A stretch of DNA of 64,000 nt, from assembly GCA_963749155.1 (NCBI GenBank), contig CAVVLO010000002.1, forward strand, positions 1,120,001 through 1,184,000. Reading direction: 5' to 3'. Within the stretch, counting starts at the first letter, position 1, and every line of letters starts with the position of its first letter. Shown in pieces: positions 48,670 to 58,485 of this stretch. A model generated the notes under the pieces. It saw only the letters and a program-made list of their open reading frames with translations, did no database searches and was not told the DNA's origin. Source of the DNA: an uncultured Armatimonadia bacterium (GTDB lineage Bacteria; Armatimonadota; Zipacnadia; CAVVLO01). Both the position numbers and the translations under genes were made by a program.

Positions 48670-49816
48670 ATGGAACTGTCAGTACTGCACGTGGAAACCG
48701 GCAAATACTGGACCGGTGGGACTGTCCAGGTGCTGAACCTGCATAACGCGCTTACTGAACGCGGAGTGCGGTCGTTGCTGATAGCGCCCAGGGGAAGCGA
48801 GATAGCAGCTCGAGCCCAGCAAGCTGGACTGCCAGTCGAGGAACTGCCTTTTCGCGGAGAGGGAGATTTACTGGCTATATGGCGCCTGCGTTGTATCATC
48901 AGAAAATTTCGACCAACAATCCTCGAACTTCATCAGCCGGCGGGGTGCACCACTTCTGGGAGAGCTTGCCGCCCTCACAATCTCCAGGCGCAGTCGCCCC
49001 AAGGTTATCGTGCATCGCAGAGTTGACAACCGACCAAGTAGTGATCATCTTCAGCGCTGGCAACTCACTCGAGGTTGTGACTTCGTAATCGCCATATCAC
49101 GACGCATCTACAATGTGCTAATCGAATATGGGGTGTCCAGAGAGAAACTCGAGCTTGTCTATAGCTCAGTTGATATAGACGGTTTTGCGGAGCCCTATTC
49201 TCAGGAAGAGTTCGCGAGTCTGCTGGATTTGCCCGCCGAGGCCCAGGCTGTGGGCATTGTGGCTCAACTTATCGAGCGTAAAGGTCATTCTGACTTGTTG
49301 AAAGCTTTTGCCAGGGTGGCAGCAGAGTATCCCAACCTGTATGTCGTGGTATGTGGTCGCGGGCCACTTGAAGAAAGCCTGCGCACTGAAGCCCAGACGC
49401 TGGATATAGCGGACCGAGTGCGATTTCCAGGTTTCAGGCAGGACTTGCGCCGGTTGCTTCCCCGGTTTGCAATGTTGGCACATCCTGCTTATATGGAAGG
49501 GCTTGGGGTGGCTGTCCTCGAAGCCATGGCAGCAGGAGTCCCTGTAATCGCCTGTAATGCCGGAGGCCTGCCCGAGATGGTGCTAGACAGGCAAACTGGT
49601 TTACTGGTGGAGCCGGGAGATGTCGCAGGACTTGAAACCGCGATACGTCGTTTGCTGGAAAGCTCGGCGCAAGCAGCCCGTTATGCGGAAGCAGCACGCA
49701 CAAAAGTAATAGAAGATTTCTCGCTGGAAACAATGGTGGACAGGACGCTGGCAATCTACGAGCGGCTTCTACTACCAAAGTCTGGCAAGGAGAGCTTTGA
49801 TAGCGATGGGGCTTGA
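48670..49816 (+). CDS. Glycosyltransferase family 4, frameshifted near 48934
   Basis: LHVETGKYWTGG..ELH, then SRRG..HRRVD..RKGH..EGLGVAVLEAMA after a +1 shift. Confidence 0.85.
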
Positions 49817-51614
49817 GGATGCAGGTTTGATATTAGCCACTGATTGCGGCTCTACCACTACAAAAGCCATACTGGTAGAGAAACGCTCTGAAGGGTATCG
49901 GTTAGCGGGACGAGGCGAGGCGCCAACAACAGTAGAGGCTCCTTTCGACGATGTTACTATTGGAGTACTCAATGCCACATCGGAATTGGAGGAGACTACC
50001 AGGCGCAAGCTGCTAAATCCGGCGGGCGATGGGCTTCTTACAAAGAGTGCTTCTGCTGAAGCCGAACTGGACTTATATGTATCCACCTCGAGCGCCGGAG
50101 GCGGACTCCAGATGATGGTTGCCGGCGTGGTAGGCTCAATGACTGGCGAGAGCGCCCAACGCGCAGCCCTCGGCGCAGGCGCGATAGTGATGGACGTCAT
50201 CTCGGTTGATGATGGCCGCAGTCAATATGAACGAGTCGAACTGCTTCGCAGCCTTCGGCCTGACATGGTATTGCTTGCTGGCGGGACAGATGGAGGCACC
50301 ATCGTTCATGTTGCAGAGCTTGCCGAGACCCTGGTTGCCGCGAAACCAACACCCCGGTTTGGACTTAATTTCCGCTTGCCTCTGGTTTACGCGGGCAATG
50401 TGGAAGCTCGAGATGAAGTACAACGGTTACTTGCCGAGATTGCAGACGTCCGCCTGGTCGCGAATCTGAGGCCAGCCCTGGATTCAGAAAACCTGGGCCC
50501 GGCGCGCGAAGCCATCCACGAGTTGTTTCTGGATCATGTGATGCAGCAAGCACCCGGTTATCCTCGACTAACAAGCTGGGTGGCGGCGGATATTATGCCA
50601 ACTCCCTCGGCAGTTGGTTACCTGGTGCAGTTGGTAGCAGAAGCAGAACAGCTCAATGTGTTGGCAGTTGATATCGGAGGCGCCACGACTGATGTGTTTT
50701 CTGTTTTCAACGGCAACTACACCCGCACAGTAAGCGCCAATCTGGGTATGAGTTACAGCATCCAGAACGTCGTGAAAGAGGCAGGTATCGATCGCATCTT
50801 ACGCTGGCTGCCTTTTGAGACCCCTGCAGAGGCTGTACGAACTCAACTGAAGAACAAGATGATCCGCCCTACTACTATCCCTCAACGCAACGATGATTTG
50901 CTGATTGAGCAAGCAGTGGCAAGAGAGGCGTTGAGACTGGCGCTAGACCATCATAACCAGCTTGCTGTGAGTTTGAAAGGTATACAACAGATACGTACGA
51001 TTGGCGAAGCCCTGACACAGGAAGGCAGTGGGCGTCGACTGGTCGATATGAACAACGTGGACTTGCTTATAGGGAGCGGTGGAGTATTGTCTCACGCGCC
51101 CAGGCGCTGGCAAGCCGCGTTGATGTTGATTGATGCTTTTGAGCCGGCAGGATTCACCAGACTTGCGGTCGACAGCATCTTTATGATGCCCCAACTGGGA
51201 GTTCTGGCCTCGGTACATCGAGAGGCTGCTCTTGAAGTCTTCGAGCGAGACTGCCTTCTGCCGCTTGGCGCAGTAATCGCTCCTTTTGGGGTTCCTGCGC
51301 GAGCGGGGGTGTCGTTGGGTAAAGCAATAGTTACTACTCCGACTGGAGCTGTCGAGCTGGAGCTTCTAGCTGGAGAACTCCAGCTTGTACCACCCTGGGG
51401 AGATGGACTGGCCAAGCTTGTTGTAGAGCCAGGCCGGAAGTGGGATGTTGGCGCCGGGCCCGGGCATCCTCTGGAAGTTACGGTGGAGGGAGGCCAGGTT
51501 GGATTGATCTTCGATTGCCGAGGTCGTCCTCTGGTGATACCTGAATCTCGCAAGGAATCATGTGTATATAACGAAAGGAGCCTGGTCGAACTTGCCAGGG
51601 GAGGAGATCACTGA
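49806..51614 (+). CDS. GlmL/MutL-type (glutamate mutase L-like) ASKHA ATPase
   Basis: TDCGSTTTKA, SSAGGGL, AGGTDGG, YAGN, MPTP, DIGGATTDVFS, GSGG. Confidence 0.82.
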   Translation: MGLEDAGLILATDCGSTTTKAILVEKRSEGYRLAGRGEAPTTVEAPFDDVTIGVLNATSELEETTRRKLLNPAGDGLLTKSASAEAELDLYVSTSSAGGGLQMMVAGVVGSMTGESAQRAALGAGAIVMDVISVDDGRSQYERVELLRSLRPDMVLLAGGTDGGTIVHVAELAETLVAAKPTPRFGLNFRLPLVYAGNVEARDEVQRLLAEIADVRLVANLRPALDSENLGPAREAIHELFLDHVMQQAPGYPRLTSWVAADIMPTPSAVGYLVQLVAEAEQLNVLAVDIGGATTDVFSVFNGNYTRTVSANLGMSYSIQNVVKEAGIDRILRWLPFETPAEAVRTQLKNKMIRPTTIPQRNDDLLIEQAVAREALRLALDHHNQLAVSLKGIQQIRTIGEALTQEGSGRRLVDMNNVDLLIGSGGVLSHAPRRWQAALMLIDAFEPAGFTRLAVDSIFMMPQLGVLASVHREAALEVFERDCLLPLGAVIAPFGVPARAGVSLGKAIVTTPTGAVELELLAGELQLVPPWGDGLAKLVVEPGRKWDVGAGPGHPLEVTVEGGQVGLIFDCRGRPLVIPESRKESCVYNERSLVELARGGDH

Positions 51615-52726
51615 TGGCGACCGCTTACACGGCAGGGCTTAGAGTAAGCAGCTCAGCCACAGTGCGCAAGGAACGCAAGCTCCCTTTGCTGGGCGAAGTG
51701 TTGGTTAAGGCAGGTGACCGGGTCGCACCTGAAACCGTGCTGGCAAAAGCCGACAGGCCTGGACTGCTGTCCTCGCTGCACCTGGCAGACAAGCTTGGTG
51801 TTGATGCCGATGCACTCCAGGCGGCGTTGCTTGTCAAAGAGGGAGACTCAGTCGAAGAAGGCCAGCTCCTGGGTGAGCACAAGTCCTTCTTTGGGATGTT
51901 TACCTCAAAGGTCATCGCTCCACATGCAGGCACAGTGGAGTTTATCTCTGCCGTTACTGGCAACCTGGGTTTGAGGCGGGCGCCCACTCCCCTCGAGTTA
52001 AAGGCCTTTATAGCGGGCGAAGTGCTGGAAGTCCTTCCCGAACAGGGAGCCGTCCTTGAAGCAAAGGGAGCTTTTGTACAGGGAATATTCGGCGTTGGGG
52101 GCGAAGCAGTCGGCGAACTTGCGCTTGCAGTGGAATCTCCAGATGAGGTGCTTGTGGCGTTGCCAGAGCAAATCGCAGGCAAGGTGCTAATCGCAGGAGC
52201 AGGGGTCAGCGATGACGTGCTGGCAGCGTTACTTGTGAATCCTCCGGCGGCACTGGTTGTGGGCAGTCTGGTTGATAGTCAGCTTGCCAGCTTGCTTGGC
52301 GTAGAATTGGGTGTTGCAATAACTGGCAAAGAGCGTCTTGGTATGACGGTAGTTCTGACTGAAGGCTTTGGCCAATTGGCAATGGCAAGTCGGACCTTCA
52401 ATGTTTTTGCAGGTCTGGTTGGCAAGCAAGCGTCCGTCAGTGGAGCGACTCAGATACGCGCGGGAGTCTTAAGACCAGAGGTAATAGTGCCCCTTGAGGC
52501 CTCGGAAGGCGCTGAAGCCTCTAAAACTGGAACCGAGCTAGTGGCGGGGGCGAGAATACGACTTATCCGCGAGCCTTATTTTGGTTTGCTGGGACACGTC
52601 CTGGCACTCCCCGAGCAGCCTGTAGAGCTTGAGACTGGCGCCATCGTCAGAGTGCTGGAAGCCGAACTGGATTCTGGTCCAACGGTGCAGGTTCCACGCG
52701 CCAATGTGGAGTTGTTTGAAGATTGA
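51614..52726 (+). CDS. Uncharacterised protein with barrel-sandwich-hybrid-like repeats and KOW-like C-terminus
   Basis: GEVLVKAGDRV, LLVKEGDSVEEGQ, QGIFGVGGE, TEGFG, GATQIRAG..RPE, IREPYFG..VPRANVE. Confidence 0.75.
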   Translation: MATAYTAGLRVSSSATVRKERKLPLLGEVLVKAGDRVAPETVLAKADRPGLLSSLHLADKLGVDADALQAALLVKEGDSVEEGQLLGEHKSFFGMFTSKVIAPHAGTVEFISAVTGNLGLRRAPTPLELKAFIAGEVLEVLPEQGAVLEAKGAFVQGIFGVGGEAVGELALAVESPDEVLVALPEQIAGKVLIAGAGVSDDVLAALLVNPPAALVVGSLVDSQLASLLGVELGVAITGKERLGMTVVLTEGFGQLAMASRTFNVFAGLVGKQASVSGATQIRAGVLRPEVIVPLEASEGAEASKTGTELVAGARIRLIREPYFGLLGHVLALPEQPVELETGAIVRVLEAELDSGPTVQVPRANVELFED

Positions 52727-53691
52727 GCCGAGTTAAGGCTGTAAAGAAAGTGCTTACGATCGGCTCTTGCATGGTGGAGATAACTCCCACAGAAGCCGGT
52801 CAGACCATACGTGACGCGCATACTCTTTATAAGTATGCCAACGGGTCAGTGTCCATCTTTGCCTCTGCAGTTGCCCGCCTTGGGGTGCCTATTACCGTGG
52901 TCTCGCGAGTGGGCGCTGATGAGCTTGGCGAATTCATGATTCAGGCACTGGCCGAGCTAGGTGTGGATTCGAGTCTGGTAAAGCCAGTGCCAGGGATGCA
53001 GACACCCGTATCTTTCTGTTCAGTGGACCAGGAAGGGGGCAAGAAGTTCGATTTCTACAGATTCCCTGGCTATTCGGATCCTATGACGGAAGTCTCACAG
53101 GCTGATTTTCCGCAGCCACTGTTTGAAGGTTATGGGTTGTTTGACTTCTCCGAAAATATGCTCCGCAGCAGCAAGCAACGCTCAGCGGTTTTGACCGCGG
53201 CAGCACGAGCGCGCAAAGCTGGTTGCATGGTAGTCTACGCCGTCAATCTGCGCTTTTCAGCCTGGCAGGAGCCAGAGACAACGATCCGGACCCTCCAGAA
53301 GCGCGCCCTGGGTGTTGCGAAGGTGGCAGTGATGAACTCTGAGGAGTTAGCCTTCATCACCAAAACCAACGATGTGAGCGCTGGCTGCTCCAAAATACAT
53401 GAACTTGGCCCTGAGCTAGTGGCAGTGACCAGTGGCGGGGGACCGACCATACTTTCAAGTGAGAAAGGCCTGCTAGAGATTCCGCCTTTTGAAGTCGAAG
53501 TGATTTACGATGTGGGGGCTGGCGATTGTTTCCACGGGGGATTGGTCGTCGGACTGGCAAACGGGCTTGCTCCAGCAAGCGCGGGGCTTTTAGCCAACGC
53601 CGTTGCGGCGTGGAGAGTGTCCAGGGCGCCACGTCTTGAGGATCTACCGACACTTTCTCAAGTGGAAGATTTCATCGCAAGTCGGCGTTAG
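52723..53691 (+). CDS. PfkB-family carbohydrate kinase
   Basis: SRVGADELG, VNLR, NSEE, DVGAGDCFHGG. Confidence 0.9.
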   Translation: MSRVKAVKKVLTIGSCMVEITPTEAGQTIRDAHTLYKYANGSVSIFASAVARLGVPITVVSRVGADELGEFMIQALAELGVDSSLVKPVPGMQTPVSFCSVDQEGGKKFDFYRFPGYSDPMTEVSQADFPQPLFEGYGLFDFSENMLRSSKQRSAVLTAAARARKAGCMVVYAVNLRFSAWQEPETTIRTLQKRALGVAKVAVMNSEELAFITKTNDVSAGCSKIHELGPELVAVTSGGGPTILSSEKGLLEIPPFEVEVIYDVGAGDCFHGGLVVGLANGLAPASAGLLANAVAAWRVSRAPRLEDLPTLSQVEDFIASRR

Positions 53692-53718
53692 CAGAGCAAA
53701 ACTTGTATATAAATGAGA

Positions 53719-53747
53719 AGCCCCGGCTGGGAGTTCCAGCCGGGGCT
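53719..53747. terminator. Hairpin terminator between convergent pfkB and csp
   Basis: AGCCCCGGCTGG-GAGTT-CCAGCCGGGGCT. Confidence 0.75.
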
Positions 53748-53768
53748 CTGGGTTGGCTAGAGTTCAGG

Positions 53769-53978
53769 TTACCACTGAGAGATAACCTGTACGTTCACCG
53801 CCTGCGGCCCCTTGTCGCTCTCTTCGATGTCGAAGGAAACGGCCTGGCCCTCTTCGAGAGACCTCCAACCGTCGCCGCCAACAGCCGAGAAGTGGACGAA
53901 GACGTCTTTGCCCTCTTCGCGTGCGATGAAACCGTACCCTTTCTGGTCATTAAACCATTTTACCGTACCAACAGCCAT
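53769..53978 (-). CDS. Cold-shock protein (CspA family)
   Basis: [39 protein letters not shown]. Confidence 0.96.
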   Translation of the reverse strand: MAVGTVKWFNDQKGYGFIAREEGKDVFVHFSAVGGDGWRSLEEGQAVSFDIEESDKGPQAVNVQVISQW

Positions 53979-54047
53979 GTCGAACCTCCTGATGTGGCGG
54001 ACCTTGCTTGCATCCGCCCTTCCTGGAGTCGGGTGACTCCAAGCCGT

Positions 54048-54075
54048 AGTGTAACACATATACTGAAAAGGTCAA
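54048..54075 (-). promoter_or_regulatory. Candidate promoter of the csp gene
   Basis: TTGACC, 16 bp, TACACT with extended TG on the minus strand. Confidence 0.45.
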
Positions 54076-54177
54076 GGCCAAAAGGCGAACAAAGTCCTTT
54101 TCAAAGCGATTCTAACCCAAAATACCTGCCAGTAAGCCGAAGGAAGGGCTTCTGGAGGCACGAAAGGGGGGCCGGAG

Positions 54178-56142
54178 GTGGGCTTGTTGCTGATTCTTAC
54201 GGTAGTTGGACTTATGCTAGTTTTATTACTGCCGGGCCTTGTCCATGCAGAGCCTGTCCTAAGGCTCGAAGCCTCTTGCCAGGCGGCCGAGTTGGCTTTC
54301 TTTGGTCTGGACACTGAAGGCACAGGAAGAGAAACGCAGAACCTCTTGCGCACAGATTCGGCAGTGACGCTGCACTCTGATGGAGCTCCAGTCGAGCTGG
54401 TGACTGCTACTAGCCGCCAGAATTCGGCTTCTTATCGCGTAAGGACACAAAGCGGAGCCGAGTTGCTTTGGCGGCTTGCGTGGTCCAAGGGCCAGTTGGA
54501 GTGCAGTTTCGAGACACGCGGCCAGGCCCCGGTGCCGATTAGCCTTACTTTCCCCTTTGATGCGCGCGTTACAGCCACGACCTTGCTTGCCTCCGACTGG
54601 ACCAAGGCAGGTTCGACAATTACACCAGCTCTTCTGAGTGTGCCCGATTTTGGACAACTGTTGATCACAGCCAAAGACAATCCCCTGCACTTGCGGTTGT
54701 CAGGAAATTACAGCCGGCGAGAAGTCGACGTTCTCATTGAGACCACGTGTGTCCCTGGCAAGCCAGTAAAGATCACTTTGTCACCATACTGCCTCACAGT
54801 ACCTGAGCGAGTGGATTCGGCGATGTGGAAGCTGGCTCGCAGAGGCTGGTTTGGCGCGCTTGAGGCGCTTGCGGACAACGGAGCGGATGCCTGGAACCTT
54901 CCAACTGGGCAAGCGCTGGTGAGAGAGCTTCATCCACCAGGGATGCTGGGTAATGAGGTCATCAGTGGGAATGCTACGTGCTCGACATGGTTCTATGCCG
55001 ACCAGGTGCTCTGGATCCCAGAGGTCGCGCCGGGCGTCAGTGTTGCTCAGATGCTGCGCAGGACACTGGATATCACTTTAGATACCAGGCTGGAACCTTC
55101 AGGCCGGCTGATTTGCTACTGGATGCCAACTCATATTGGCGCTTATGCGGATTTTCTGGACTCCCAGCCCTCGGTGTTGATCTCGGCCTGGGATTATGTC
55201 GAGGCAACAGGTGATGTGGCGTGGCTCAGGCAACGGATCGATGAGTTGGAGCTTGTCGCTTCCTATCTTGCAGCCCGCGATGTAAACGGCGACGGGCTGG
55301 TAGAAGCCGTTCAAAGTGGCAACGATGGGACGCTGGTTGATCCGGCGCGCGGGGCGTCCTGGTGGGATGCCGTCGATACAGGCTGGCAGGATGGTTATAC
55401 CAATGCTCTTACCTTCCGAGCCTGGTGCTGCCTGGCCGAGCTGGAGGAGAGACTGGGTAGACAAGCCCAGGCTGAGTCTTTCCGCAGGTTGGCACGCCTT
55501 TTGAAGCAAGCCTATGCGCCTGCCTTGTGGGCTGAGGAAAATGGTTGGCTTGGCTGGTGGCGCAGTCAGGACGGAGTTTTACACGACCCAGCGGCGATTC
55601 TCGTCAACAGCCTCGCAATCGAATATGGCTTGCTGGACAAAGCCACAGGTAAAGCCGTGCTTGCTCGTTTCCATAGAGAGCTCGAGAGAGCTGGTTACAC
55701 AAGATTGGATTTGGGAGTGCCTGCAAGCCTTAGGCCTTTTAGACCTGAAGAGTATCTGCTGGGCATAACTCCTGGTATCTGCGGAGTGCCAGGACAGGCA
55801 GATGGTTCAGACACACTGGGCCAGTACCAGAATGGCGGAGTGCATGCAGGTCATACATTACACTGGCTTGCAGCTCACTACGTCGCAGGCGAAACCGAAT
55901 ATGCCGATTCGGTGCTGCAGCAGATGCTGGAAAGGCAGGCGAAAGGGCTCTTCCAGAATGGTGTATGGGGCGAATCGGGCAAGGGAATCGAGTGGACAAA
56001 CTGGCAGGGGCAGCCCACGGGGGCGGACGGCTATCTGGCAGACAATTTTCGCTTTCTGCAGGCGCTCTTTCTACGTGATCCAGAGCTTCGGAAAGGCTAT
56101 TACCGGCCCATTGAAAGGCTCAGAGAAGGGCAACCTGGCTGA
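54178..56142 (+). CDS. Secreted (alpha/alpha)6-barrel glycoside hydrolase-like protein
   Basis: Signal peptide; DYVEATGD.AWL..DVNGDGLVE..SWWDAV..YTNAL..YQNGG; exact GH family not assignable. Confidence 0.65.
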   Translation: MGLLLILTVVGLMLVLLLPGLVHAEPVLRLEASCQAAELAFFGLDTEGTGRETQNLLRTDSAVTLHSDGAPVELVTATSRQNSASYRVRTQSGAELLWRLAWSKGQLECSFETRGQAPVPISLTFPFDARVTATTLLASDWTKAGSTITPALLSVPDFGQLLITAKDNPLHLRLSGNYSRREVDVLIETTCVPGKPVKITLSPYCLTVPERVDSAMWKLARRGWFGALEALADNGADAWNLPTGQALVRELHPPGMLGNEVISGNATCSTWFYADQVLWIPEVAPGVSVAQMLRRTLDITLDTRLEPSGRLICYWMPTHIGAYADFLDSQPSVLISAWDYVEATGDVAWLRQRIDELELVASYLAARDVNGDGLVEAVQSGNDGTLVDPARGASWWDAVDTGWQDGYTNALTFRAWCCLAELEERLGRQAQAESFRRLARLLKQAYAPALWAEENGWLGWWRSQDGVLHDPAAILVNSLAIEYGLLDKATGKAVLARFHRELERAGYTRLDLGVPASLRPFRPEEYLLGITPGICGVPGQADGSDTLGQYQNGGVHAGHTLHWLAAHYVAGETEYADSVLQQMLERQAKGLFQNGVWGESGKGIEWTNWQGQPTGADGYLADNFRFLQALFLRDPELRKGYYRPIERLREGQPG

Positions 56143-56168
56143 AGGGCGGCCGGATGCGGAAGTCAAGA

Positions 56169-56285
56169 TTCTCCACACTCTGTGGAAAGAGTTGTGGAGA
56201 AATAGCTAGGGATTGTACAAGTTTACTAGCGAGAACCCTTCGCCAAAGAGACTCCCCACAGGCTTTCTACACATACTGTGGAGAA
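56169..56285. promoter_or_regulatory. Cluster of DnaA-box-like 9-mers between convergent genes
   Basis: TTCTCCACA 56169, TGTGGAAAG 56181, TGTGGAGAA 56193, CTCCCCACA 56252, TTCTACACA 56265, TGTGGAGAA 56277. Confidence 0.65.
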
Positions 56286-56287
56286 AT

Positions 56288-56914
56288 TCAGCCTGACTCT
56301 CTGATTTCTTCGGCTTCTGTCGCCAGAGCTTTACGCAGGTCGAGTATGTATTTTACAAAGGCCTCGAGGTCTTCGGGAAACTTTCCATCAGGCCAGGTAC
56401 GTGAGACGCCACCGACGCCTCTCCAATAGCTGGCAACAGCCATCCGCTCCTTCTGTTCGTGGTCTTTGAAGAAGGCAAGACTCCGGTACAAATAGCGAAC
56501 ACAGCCCTGTATACCCTGCAGGGGGTCCAGTGGATTGTCTACGCCATAATCGGCAGCGGTGCCTGGAAGCATTTGGGCGATGCCCAAAGCTCCGGCAGTT
56601 GATACAGCATCTGGCCGGAAACTGGATTCACGACTGAGGACAGCTGCGACCAGGTGGCAGTCAACAGGTTCTTTGGCTGCGAGGCGTGACTGCAGGTCGA
56701 TAGCCTGGGCGATAGAGGTCGCGTATTCCTCTGGCATCTTGGGATTGCGTTTCCGGATGTGGTTGTAGATAGCTACACCGTCGGGTGAGAGGACGGAGAG
56801 TTCGCAAGGCTCGAGTGAGCCATAGATACCGACTTCGGCAGGGGGCGCTGGAGCGGCAGCAGGCTGGTTGGCCATCCCCATCAGGAAGACGAGTCCAAGC
56901 AGAAGGGCCTCCAT
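56288..56914 (-). CDS. Lytic transglycosylase (SLT domain), exported
   Basis: SRESSFRPDAVSTAGALGIAQMLPGTA..ASY; N-terminal signal. Confidence 0.88.
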   Translation of the reverse strand: MEALLLGLVFLMGMANQPAAAPAPPAEVGIYGSLEPCELSVLSPDGVAIYNHIRKRNPKMPEEYATSIAQAIDLQSRLAAKEPVDCHLVAAVLSRESSFRPDAVSTAGALGIAQMLPGTAADYGVDNPLDPLQGIQGCVRYLYRSLAFFKDHEQKERMAVASYWRGVGGVSRTWPDGKFPEDLEAFVKYILDLRKALATEAEEIRESG

Positions 56915-56971
56915 TGTGTCTTCTCCTAAAGCTAGTGTGTAGTGGCTGCGACAAGTGCTGCAAGACAGGGT

Positions 56972-58426
56972 TCAACCTTTTATGACAGCAAGTGGCTCCA
57001 TCCGGGCGACTTTGTTAGCAAGGCCAGCGCCAACGGTAACCTCGACCACCTCGGTGACGTCCTTATAAGCCACGGGCGCCTCTTCGAGCAGAGTCTTCTT
57101 ACTGGCACTCAGGACTAGTATACCCTGCTGTTCGAGCTGGCCTGCCAAGTCAATCCCCTTCAACTGACGAAGCGCGGCGGAACGACTTAGCTGTCTACCT
57201 GCTCCATGGCAAGCGGAGCCCCAAGTCTTCTGCATCGCCCCTGGCGCGCCGCATAAAAGGTACGAAGCCCTGCCCATATCTCCTGGCACAAGGACTGGTT
57301 GGCCAACTGAGCGATAATCGTCAGGCACCTCGAGATTGCCTGGTCCAAAGGCTCGAGTAGCTCCTTTGCGATGCACACAGAGGGCTTGCTGAGCGCCAGC
57401 TACCTGGTGAGTCTCAAGTCGGGCCAGGTTGTGGGCAACATCGTAAAGGACATTGAGCCCAAGCGAGGCAGGGGCGGCGTGGAAGACGCGTTCGAAAGCG
57501 TGGCGTATCTGCTCGGTAATCAGTTGCCTATTGCAGAAGGCGTAATTTGCGGCCGCTGTCATTGCACCGAAATAACGCCTGCCTTCTTCCGAATTGAGTG
57601 GAGCAGAACAGAGTTCTTTATCTGGCAGGCTGAGCCCGAAGCGGTGGCTGGCATCCAGCAGCAAGCGCAGGTAGTCAGTACAGACCTGATGACCGAGGCC
57701 GCGCGAACCACAATGGAACATCACCAGCACCTGGCCTGGACCACTAAGGCCAAAAGCATCGGCGGCTTGCTCATCGAATAATTCGGTTACAACCTGGATT
57801 TCCACAAAATGATTGCCACTGCCCAGCGTTCCGAGTTGAGAAGCCCCTCGTTCCAAAGCGGCTTTGGAAACCTCCTCTGGAAGGGCGCCCAATAGGCAGC
57901 CCTTACTTTCCGAGTGGGCCAGATCTGCTGGTTGACCATAACCTTGTGCGACTGCCCAACTGGCGCCATCAGCCAAGACTTTGCTTAGGTCCTTGCTAGA
58001 GAGATTGAGCGAACTTGTACAACCAACTCCTGAGGGAATGGTTGAAAAAAGGTGATGCAACAGATCGCGAAGGCGCGGGGTGACCTCCTCGGCATCAAGG
58101 TGAGTAGTAAGCAAGCGCACCCCGCAGTTGATGTCATAACCGACTCCACCCGGTGAGATAAGCCCTTGCTTGCCATCGAAGGCAGCAACCCCACCGATTG
58201 GGAATCCATACCCGTAATGCATATCCGGGATTGCCAGTGCCTGGCCGATTACCCCAGGAAGAGAAGCGACATTGGCGATCTGCTGCCAGGTTCCATCCTC
58301 GATTACCTGATCAAGCAAGTGCCGAGAGGCAAAGAGCAAGCCGTCAGTCAGCATGGTGGGTGCATTCGTTTTGGGGAGGAGCCATTCATACTCGGCTAGT
58401 CTTTCAAAGGCAGGTTTACAACTCAT
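56972..58426 (-). CDS. rtcB: RNA ligase RtcB
   Basis: PDMHYGYGFPIGG, GYDINCG, GSGNHF, HCGSRG, HN, HRKGAT, HGAGR, EEAPVAYK. Confidence 0.96.
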   Translation of the reverse strand: MSCKPAFERLAEYEWLLPKTNAPTMLTDGLLFASRHLLDQVIEDGTWQQIANVASLPGVIGQALAIPDMHYGYGFPIGGVAAFDGKQGLISPGGVGYDINCGVRLLTTHLDAEEVTPRLRDLLHHLFSTIPSGVGCTSSLNLSSKDLSKVLADGASWAVAQGYGQPADLAHSESKGCLLGALPEEVSKAALERGASQLGTLGSGNHFVEIQVVTELFDEQAADAFGLSGPGQVLVMFHCGSRGLGHQVCTDYLRLLLDASHRFGLSLPDKELCSAPLNSEEGRRYFGAMTAAANYAFCNRQLITEQIRHAFERVFHAAPASLGLNVLYDVAHNLARLETHQVAGAQQALCVHRKGATRAFGPGNLEVPDDYRSVGQPVLVPGDMGRASYLLCGAPGAMQKTWGSACHGAGRQLSRSAALRQLKGIDLAGQLEQQGILVLSASKKTLLEEAPVAYKDVTEVVEVTVGAGLANKVARMEPLAVIKG

Positions 58427-58485
58427 CTCAGCCACCAGGAGCGCTCCGGAGCAGAAGGATGCGTTCTTGTATTGATTATAACTTC

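Noticed and set aside
49806..51614. DNA mismatch-repair MutL or a true glutamate mutase operon
   Set aside because: The motifs are ASKHA rather than GHKL, and no mutase subunits are present in the window
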